Shown here in pieces: positions 38,011 to 47,300 of a stretch of DNA of 64,000 nt. The notes beneath the pieces were generated by a model that was not told the origin of the DNA, searched no databases, and worked only from the letters and a program-made list of their open reading frames with translations. Position 1 is the stretch's first letter. The number at the start of each line of letters is the position of its first letter. Position numbers and translations under genes: made by a program. The stretch is from positions 20,263 through 84,262 of the forward strand of contig JAKQXH010000055.1 of the NCBI GenBank assembly GCA_029561555.1, read 5' to 3'. Source of the stretch: Candidatus Omnitrophota bacterium (GTDB lineage: Bacteria > Omnitrophota > Omnitrophia > Omnitrophales > Omnitrophaceae).

Positions 38011-38345
38011 AAAAAATATTACCGTTCCCATGGCGGACTCGACGCCGCCTTAAGTAACAATGCATAAGTCGTTATGTGCTTAAAGCAAAGATCTTTTCGG
38101 TTCGGCAAATCTAACTGAAGCGAGCTCTCGCAACCGTTTGGAGCTTGGTCCGGGGCAAAGCCCAGGTCCAAACGGTGAGAGCGCAGGCGGTCGGCCGCCG
38201 CTGGAGCGGACGAACCGGCCGAAAATCTTTTTTCGGCACTAGCTCCCAGTAAAAGCAAGGTCGGGTCGCCGGTCGCGGAAGTAGATTGGCCGAACTTTAA
38301 GTCTGAAATTTCACGATTAGAAGCATGAACCCCGCAAGTCCGATG
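38011..38345 (-). ncRNA. Candidate structured non-coding RNA, class not identified
   Basis: A ~330-nt gap between giant gene 2 and glgC, with no credible ORF. It contains a 16-bp bulged helix (38124-38142 pairing with 38167-38182) capped by GGGC-AAA-GCCC. A 7-bp helix (38191-38197 / 38216-38222) encloses a CCGC-TGGA-GCGG hairpin. An 8-bp helix GCCGAAAA/TTTTCGGC (38218-38237) overlaps the previous one, so these are alternative structures or a pseudoknot. A GGCGG-N8-CCGCC hairpin (38032-38049) lies 15 nt before a U6 tract on the minus strand. The strand is inferred only from that U-tract and the orientation of the neighbouring genes. Confidence 0.3.
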
Positions 38346-38350
38346 TTCGT

Positions 38351-41300
38351 TTACGCGGCTTGTTCGATGACGCGCAGACGCTTGATTTCGTCTCCCAGTG
38401 AAGCGGCCAACGCCACCAAATTGAAGGCAAACAGATGCCCTTGCCCCCCCACCGGCTTTTGGGCCAGCACATCCGGCGGCATATCTTTAAGCAGTTCGGG
38501 ATTTTCCCCTCCGGCCAGAATCATGGAAAATACGATGTCCGGGATATTCCCGGGGACTCCGGCCGCGTTGAATTCAAAAAAGTTGACCGGACCGGACCGT
38601 TCAAAGGACTCCGGCATCCCTTCGTCAAAAGCGGGAATCACCACCGCGCGGCCCACCCCCGCTCCGGCCTGGCGCATCCGGCTGGCGACGGTTGAAAACG
38701 GAAGCGGCGTTCCCTCGACATAAGGCCGCAAAATCACCTTGGCTTTCTCCTGGGGCGTCAGAAATCCCGTGAAAATCCGTATCCGTTCATCCGCCCCCGC
38801 TTTACGGGGATAAATCAGGAAGAGTGTGCCTCTTTCTCCGAGACGCTGCAGCAGGGCGTGCACAAATACGGGCTGTAATTCCTGGGGAAGGCTCTCGATA
38901 TGAACCGCAAGCATCAGGTTCCCTTCGGCCGTCCCCCGCGGACCTTCTTCGGACAAAACCATCCCCCGGAGATTCCATCCCTCCGCAAGCCGGTTGAAAG
39001 CCCTGAGATATTCCTCCGGAGCCGCGGCCAGTTCCTGAATAACCGTTCCGACACCCCGCCCGTCTTCGGATTGCGCGGCAGCCGCCGTAATCGCGGCGTT
39101 CCCCAAGGCTCCTTCGATATCCGCAATCGCCGACTGAATCTCGCCGTCCGTCAGATCCGGTTTTGCGTTCCTCAGGACCGAGGAGAAATTCTCCCGGTCA
39201 AGCCCGGAAAAAAGAATTTCTTTCGCCAGGGTCTCGAAATCGGGCAAGAGCGCCCGCTCCCTTTCCTTTATTTTGCCGGCGTATTCGTCCAACCGACCGG
39301 CCAGAAACACTTCAAGGGCCTTCAGGATTTCCGCCCGGTCCGTACCGGGAGCGAAGAAAAATTCGACCGCGGCCCCGCCGTCCGCCCGTGCGGAAGAAAG
39401 CTCGGTTCCGTATTTTTCATCCAGAAGGTTCAAAATGAACTGCCGGAAATTCCCGGTTTGCCGGGTCTCGTCCGCCCGGACCGTCTCTTTCGCGGTAACC
39501 GGTTCTCCTCCCAGAGACGCGCCGACCGGGATGCCCGCCTGCGCGAGGATTTGATCCGTAAAAAATGCCGCCCGTTCTTCGTCCACCGGTTGAGTCGCCC
39601 CCCAAAGAATATAAGGCTGCGTCAGCAGGTCATAATCAAACTCCCCAAAACGGCCGATCCGGACCAATTGGCTAAGGTTCTCTTTTGCGGGAATATACGA
39701 AGGATATCCGTAACGGAGCAAAACATAATCCGCGATTAAAGTAGCGACCCGGCCGTTCCCGTTTTCAAACGGATGGATTTCGACAAAACGATTGTACGCC
39801 TTGGCCGCAAGCAAAATTGCCGGGTGGATCATCCCTTCACTCTGAGGCGTCACATGCCCCCTCCAAGCCTTTTGGTACACCTCATCCAAATTTAAAATTT
39901 GAAGGTAAAGCCAATTCGAAAAAGAACTCATCAATTGGTCAATTTGATAGGAATGGGGATAAAAATGAAGCCCCCAGTGAGTATCCCCCCAGCGGTACCT
40001 TCCCGCCAAAATCGTCGAGGAAGAATCGTGCCAAGGGTTGGCTGACTGGACATGGCTCCCGATGATTTCATGCAACTGCTGCACTTTGCCTTCGGCCATC
40101 AGTTCCGGCCCTGAAAAAATCTTCCCGAGTTTTTCCGCCCGAACTCCCTCCGTTTTAAGCATTTCCTGCAAGAGCCGGCTGCCCGCGGCCAAATCCGCAG
40201 CCTCCTGCTTCGAATGTTTGCTGCTCGAAAGAATCCCTTCCGCTAATTCCGTCCCCCTCTTTTCCCTTTCAGCGGGCTCAAGCGACCATAGCGAAGCCAA
40301 AGCTTCCAGGGAAGATCCAAAACGGGAAACATCGTAAGGCCGATAACTGCCCGGAGTTCCCCGCAATTGCCCGCTTAAGCTTTCGGCGTAGACGTCCCGG
40401 AACTGGGACTGGTTAATCGCGTGGTCCCCCAAAATACGGTCCAATATCCGGAACGCAATCGCTTCGCGGTCTTGTTCATTCCGAAGATAAGGTGCCTCGG
40501 AAGGAAGGCGTTCGATGATTTCCCGGGCAAGTAAAGCGGGATTCCGAATAATTTCATACGCGACATTCGCAGCCTCAACCCCCTGTTGTTCCCGCGAAAT
40601 CCGGTGATAATTTTCCCTCACCGCATTTAAAATCAACAAAGCGATTTCTTTCGCAAACGCTTCGGGCGTCTCAGCCCCCAGAGAAGCACCCTGCGGTTTC
40701 GAAACAAATCTTATCCCCCGGATGTCCAACGCCCCCCGAACCGCTTCGGTCCCGACTTGATCGGCCCCGGGCCAGAAGGCTATCACGATTTCGCGGATCA
40801 AAGCCTGCTTTTCCGCCTCAGGCCAGCGGTCCTTAAAAAGCGGGATCCGGATTTTCGTCCAGCCGTTGCCGATCGCCTCCCCGAAAGCCTCCAAAACGCG
40901 GTCCGGGAACCCTTCTTTCTTGATTTCGATCCGGAATTTTTTCGGGACCGGCTGTCCGCCGACCCTCCGGGCTTCGAGTTCTAAAATATCATATCCCCTC
41001 GCGTCAACGCCTTGTTCGTAAACCTGAGCGTTGAAAGCGCCGCCGGCCGTCGTGTCATAAGCAAATCGCCTGGCGGGCGTTTCGCCTTCCGGTTCGGTCA
41101 CGCGGACATTTCCGACGTTTCGATACCCGACCTCGGACGCGTCCAAAATATTTTCGCTCGCCCTCTCGGTTCCCTTGCCCAAAAGCCTCTCGCCCAAAGC
41201 GACTTTTCCCTCTCCCAAAAGCGAAAGCCCTCTCCAGAAATAATCCGACGCGGTTATTCCGCCCCGAAGGCGTTCCAGCGCATGCCGAAGCCCCAGCGCG

Positions 41301-44300
41301 GTCAAGTCCGTGTCCCAGGAAAGCGCAAGCGACGGATAGCGTCCCGCCGTCGGATTAAACGAATCCCTTCCGCCGGCCTGAGAAGAAAAAAAGCCGGGCG
41401 CTTCCGCGGCCAATCTCCGGAATTGGTCATTCACCCCCTGAAAATCAAACGGCGCCGCGAGCCCCCACGCGTAAGGAGCGACGATTTCCGGCGCGGCATT
41501 TCCTTTCATTCCCAGCACCGGATTGCCGAAAGGCGCGCCCAGGTAATTCCCTCCTTCGTCGTAAGCCGGCGCGCGTCCCCAAAATCCGTTCCGGGCGGAA
41601 GCCCGTTCAACGGAAACGGCATAACGCATCGCGCCCGTCAGGAAATCCGCGCCGTGCATGGGCTCATCCAGGAAAACGGACGCGAACAAATATTCAAACA
41701 GGCTGCCTCCCCAGGAATCGAACTGTAAATTGTCCCAAGCCGACAAAAGTTCTCCTCTGACCGTTTCGTTCGGGCTCAAAACCACGCCGAGAAACGCGAG
41801 CAGGCGGCCTTCCGTAAAAAAGAGATCGTAATGATTCGGCAGATTTTCTCCCTGCCTGCCCAAAAGCGTCGGACGGAACCCGTGCGTCATGAGACCGCGG
41901 ACCGGATCATAAAAGACCCGGTAGTTCTGCTTCCGGATCAAATTCAGAAACCGTTCGGAATAGTCCGGCACCCGTTTTTCAAAAAAAGCCGCGGCAGCGA
42001 TCATGCCCGCGGTCAGATTCGCGTTGTCGACGGAAGAAATCTCGGAAGCCGGATCCGGACGCGGCATCCCGTTCGCCTCCCGCTGGGACGGATGGAGCCA
42101 GTAATACCGGTAATAAAAATTTTCAACGGTCCGGGCCTTTTCGAGAAACATGAGGATGCGGTTGGTGTCGCTCGTCAGTTGCCTAATTTTTGCCTCCCAG
42201 TCGGGATCCGTCTTCTTTTCCAGATCACCGAGCGCCGAAACAATCGCGGCCAGCCTTGCCCCGATATTGGAAGGAGAAGTCTTGAGATCTTCGACTCCGT
42301 TGGCATGCCGAAAAACGGAAAGGGTCCCGTCATCATTCACCCGCATCACGTCCAACGGCAGGCGGGTGCCGGAATCCGTGAGAAAAAACACGCCGTTTGA
42401 ATATTGATCCGCGATGCCGTTCATGCTTTGGACCGTCGCCGCAGCCGCCCTTTCCTGAGTTTGATCCGGAAGCGGCGGCACCGCCGGCTGGGCCGTCGCC
42501 ATGCCTTCGATCAGCCCCTTGATCCCAAACAAGCCGCCGATCATCAGCTTAATAGCGGTTCTCCGATCCATCGGCCCCAACAGGGAAAACGAAGGATCGG
42601 TTGCGCGTTGGGCCCGGATTTCGATAAACCGGGCCAGAACGGAAGAAATGCCTCCCTGCTCCAATTCCTCCCCCAGAGAACGTCCGCGGGCGCTTGCCAA
42701 AAACCTCCGCCCCGGAAGCTTCTCCGGCGGAATTTCACGGCCGGCCAGCTTCCATTTCCGCCTCGCCTCAGCCTGCATAATTATCAAAGCTTGGCGGTTT
42801 GAATTTTCCGGATCGGCAACCACCCGGTATGCCTCCATCACATCGCTGGCATATCCTCTCGCCGCAGTCCGCTCATTCCAATTCCATCTCTGCAAATCAG
42901 TCAGTGTTTCGACGCCGTTCGTCTGATGAACCAAGACATCCGCGTAGCGCCTGCCGGCAATAACGGGATCGTGCCAACCTTTGTTTACTTCCTCGACTAA
43001 TTCCCAAAATCCTTCCAAACTTCTGCCGGTTTGCGCCACAATATTCGTACCAAAAGGCTGCTTAAAAACTCCGGCTCCTCCTTCGACATTCTGCTCGGCG
43101 TTTTCATATAAACGCTGATACAAATCGGGTTCCGTTCTTGAAAGAGTGCCGAATAAAGCTCCGTCCCCAAACAAATTGATTGAAGCATCCAAAAATCTTT
43201 GTTCTTTAACGCCAAGATGCCCTTGCGTAAAATTCAAATTCACTCCGCCCCCGAGTCCCACATCGTATAGCCCTCTGATGTCAGCCCTTGCGTAAAGCCC
43301 GTCGCGGTTTGCCATACGCCCGGTAAACCCCCGGAGCCAGATATACCCCTTCCTTTCCTGGCCCCCGTACCGGACTCCCAGCGTGGAATCTTTTAACGCC
43401 TCCCGTTCGCCGAGCCGGTCCCATACAAAAGCGCCGCTTCGGGGAAGATTCTGATCGCTCCCGGCGCGCTCCAAAAAGCGGTCAATCGCCCGGTTGGAAG
43501 CGAAAAAACCCGTGACAATCATGATCACGCCGAGAGCAATCCCTAAAATTCCGCGCGCGATATAGCGATTCCGATACCGGGGTTCGCCCAAGGAGAACAA
43601 CAGTCCGCGGTTGAAAACCGCCCGGACAAATTCCGCCGCCCCGAAAACAATTAATGTCTGATGCGCCATAGCCCAGAGCTGTTTGCTCTGCTGCCGGATC
43701 GCAATCGTGTTGTAATGATCCGCAATGTAATTCACGAAAAGGAACGGAACGGTAACAATTAACGCGGACGCGAGAAAAGCCGCCACAAAACCCTCCGGGC
43801 CTTTTTTCTTCCAAGCGGATGCCAGCCAGGCAAGCATTTTGGGAATCTGAAGAATCGCGGCAGTCACTGCGGCAATCCCGACGCTGGCGAGAAAAACCGG
43901 AAGAATCTGGATATCAAATGGGATCCGGTAAACAGCGGTGTCGGAAAATACTTCCGGAATTTTTGACTGAAGATAAGCCGGCTCGACTTCTTTCCATTTC
44001 AGATAAACCGGGATCGCAAAAGGCGCAAGGGCCGTAGCCGTTCCCAGGATTCCGGCGATGATCCGGCCGATCAGAGGCGGTTTCCGCGTCTCTTCCGATT
44101 TTCTCTCCGCCGGCCGCACGACGGGTCTCCGTCTTTCCTCTCTCTCGCCTAAGGAGGCCCCTTGCGCGCTGACCCGTTCCCAATTCTTTACGTTAAAATT
44201 CCGGCTGACTTCCCCAAGAAATATTTCCGCCAGACTTTCCGCGGCATCCGCCGGCAGGTTATCGTAAAACCCCAACGCGTTATGCGCCACGTTATTGGCG

Positions 44301-47300
44301 GGATTCCGTCTTATCGCGGCTTCGAGGGCTTTCTTGAAAGAAGGGTTTTTGCTTCGAAAATAAACAATGTCGGCGATTTGCGATTCTTTTTTCGCCATAA
44401 ACTGACGGATCTTCTCCGTATCGTCCGTCACCGCGTCCCAGTCAACGAGGGCATACGCTCCGGCATCCGTCAAAGCCATGTTCTCGAAGATCTGAATCCC
44501 TTCATCAATGTCCATCACGCCCAGCGGAGCCAACGCCGAGAAAAGATGCCCGATCGCCCCCGTGATGATCTTCCCGGCCTCCTGAACTTCGCCGTCCCGG
44601 ACGGCCTGAAGAATTCGTTCCCTAACAAACGTCTCCCGCGGAACATAACTCTGAAGCACCCACAAAGCGTCGTTCGCAATCAAATGATTGGGGATCTGAT
44701 GAATCCTCGCGACGGTCCCGGGATTCCGGGGGTGGACAATCCTGATTTTGACGGGATAATCCGGACGGCTTTGGAAAAACTGATCGGCAAGGACCGTCCC
44801 CCGGGCCGAAACAAGCGACCGGTCCACTTTTGCCAGTCCCAGAAACGCGATCACCCTCTTGATCTGTTCTTTCCAAAAAAACCACGTCTCCGGAGAAAAA
44901 TAACGGCGCGCCAGGGAATAAAACGGACGGACCAGCGGATTGAAAAGAATGCCGAGCTGTTCTTTCTCCGACAAATACGTCGCGGAGAGATTCAGGATTT
45001 TAAGGACGAGACTTCCGGGGGCAATGCGGACAAACTGCATCGATCCGTAGGCTGACGTTAAAAACGGGCTCGGCCGGCTTTCATCCTCCAGCCATGCGTC
45101 GATGCGGGCCGGGTCGGTGGCCGGATCGAAAAGAAAAGAAACGTCCGAAGCGGACGAACCCTCCCCCAAAGATTGAGCGGCAAGAATTTCCCGGGCGCGC
45201 GCGATAATCGGCTCCAGATTTTTCCGCGCGAACAGAATGCGTTCCTCCGGATTCAGGTTCTTTAATTCACGGGCGGCTTCCGTCGCGGCTTCCAAAAACG
45301 CCGCCGCGCCGGTCTCCCCGTACCCGAGATAATTCCGCTGAAACTCAGGGCCCTCGGGCGCGTTTTCCGAAACCAGCACCGCCCAACCGGTCCCCATTTT
45401 TTTCAGCGCGGGATAATCCTTCCTCGAAGGATCACAATTCCCGCAGAGATAGGCCGCATGCACTCTTCCCGCCGGCGTTTTTTTTGCCGGTTGAATCCGC
45501 CGAAGAGCCCCCTGCCGGTATTCCCGCATTTCATACATCCTGCCGTCCGAACGAAACGTACTCATAATCGCCGAATCGTTGCTGATCACGATCAATTGTT
45601 TCCTCAGACGGGCAGGGATTCCCGTCCCGGAAATTTCGGAAGGGACATCCGCTCCTTCCAAAGTCAGCCTTTTAAAAACTTCTCCCGCTTCCTCATCGGA
45701 AAAAAGCATCAAAAGTCCGCCCGCTTCGAGATAGGACAAAAGCGCTTCTTTCGTCACGGACCGGGCCATGCTCCCCTGAAGCAAATCCGCTCCCGGCCCG
45801 TCCCGGAATAAAACGCCTTCGACGTCCGCGAGTAGAATCATCCGGCTTTGGGCCGCATCAATCTCCCCGGCATGATAATCCATGCGCCTCAACAGATCGT
45901 CGAAATGATCAAATACAAAATCGATCGCCGTGTCCCGTCCCACCTCTGAAATCGAAATCCGTATCCCCGTTTCCCCGTCCTCTCCGATATACAGGGGCAG
46001 GCCGAGCAAATCGGAAAGGCCGGTGAGCCTTTGCATGATTCGTCCCCGGTAATCCCCGAAAGGCCCCTGCAAAACAATCCGGGTCACCGCCCCCTCTGCC
46101 GTTCTTACGATTTCAATGCGGGGCAGAACATTTCCGGCCTTGCGGACTTCGGCAACCAGCGTATCGCGGTCGTAAACATTGCCCGCGACATCCAGAAGCT
46201 TCTCCTGAGTTTCCAACGGAAGCGCCTCAAGCGCCTCCATGGGGCCTTCAAGCAATTCCTTGAGAAACCGGTTGGCCTCCTGCGTCAAAAGGCTGACCGA
46301 AAACCGCACAATCTCTTCCGGTATCGTGGTCTTCACGACGGGAATATTGAATTTCTCCCGGGAATAATTCTCCGCGGCGCGAAGCACCTTTTCTTCCAGC
46401 ACGGGATCATGACCGGTTATACGGGCGATGGTTTTCCGGGCCAGCACTTTTTTGACGACCCGCACCCGCTCAACGGTTTCGCCCGAAACCAGGCCGAGAT
46501 CCTCGATTTTCCGGCCGTCGGGAAAGACTCCGGCATTGAGCCGTTCGCCCGAGATCTCCTTGGCATTGTTTACAAGTTCCGCGGAATGGAGGTAATACAT
46601 CCGGTACGTCCGGATATAGCGCATGATGTCCCCCAGGACACTGCCGCCCACGAAACGCTCCGCCCGCATATCAATCTGCCTGAGCATTTCGCGCATCCCC
46701 TCCCAGAAAATCTCGCCGGCCTCGCGGATTTCGGTATCGGTCGGAAGGGATTTCCGGCCCGCGCCCCGGTTATTTTTCCCGCCGTTCCCCAAAGAGGCGG
46801 CCTGAACCGCCGGAACCGCGGATTCCCCGCGAAGTTCGATGGCTTTTTCGAGATAAGCGAGTTTCTCTTCCAGAGACGCATCGGGCTTCAGGCTCCTGAA
46901 TGTCTCGTCGACCGCCTGAAGAGCCTCTTCGTCCTTGATCCCAAGGAGTTTCTCCGCCGTATCAATCTTGGCCTGAATCAATTTTTCCCGGTCGAAAGCG
47001 GCGAGTTGTTCCAACAGCGGATCGTCAACCTGCACGGGAGGAAGCGTTTCGGGAACGGCAAGTAACCGGGCCAGAATTTTCCGGTCCCCGTTTGTATCAA
47101 GAAAAAGCCGTCTGAAATATTCGGGCGTCATTTCACCCCGGGCATAAAGCGCTTCCAGATCGGAAAGATGATCGCGAAGGAAACCGACCTCTTCCCGGAT
47201 TTTCCCCCTCAATGTTTCAATTCGCGCAAGAGCCCCCGCGCATCGCTCCCGTTCTTCCCCCGCCTGCCGGAGCGTTTCCGCGCCCAGCAAAGTCTCAAGG

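Noticed and set aside
38011-38345. Calling the structured intergenic segment tmRNA (ssrA), a tRNA or RNase P RNA
   Set aside because: The T-arm-like hairpin GGCGG-CGTCGAGT-CCGCC has an 8-nt loop lacking the TTCGA core. The 5' GGGGTTC and the 3' ATGGGAAC cannot form a 7-bp acceptor stem, and there is no CCA. No reading frame gives a plausible tag ending in hydrophobic-AA plus a stop. The RNase P P4 signatures (GGAAAGTCCGGGC and ACAGAAxxCGGCTTA) are absent. It is kept only as an unclassified candidate.
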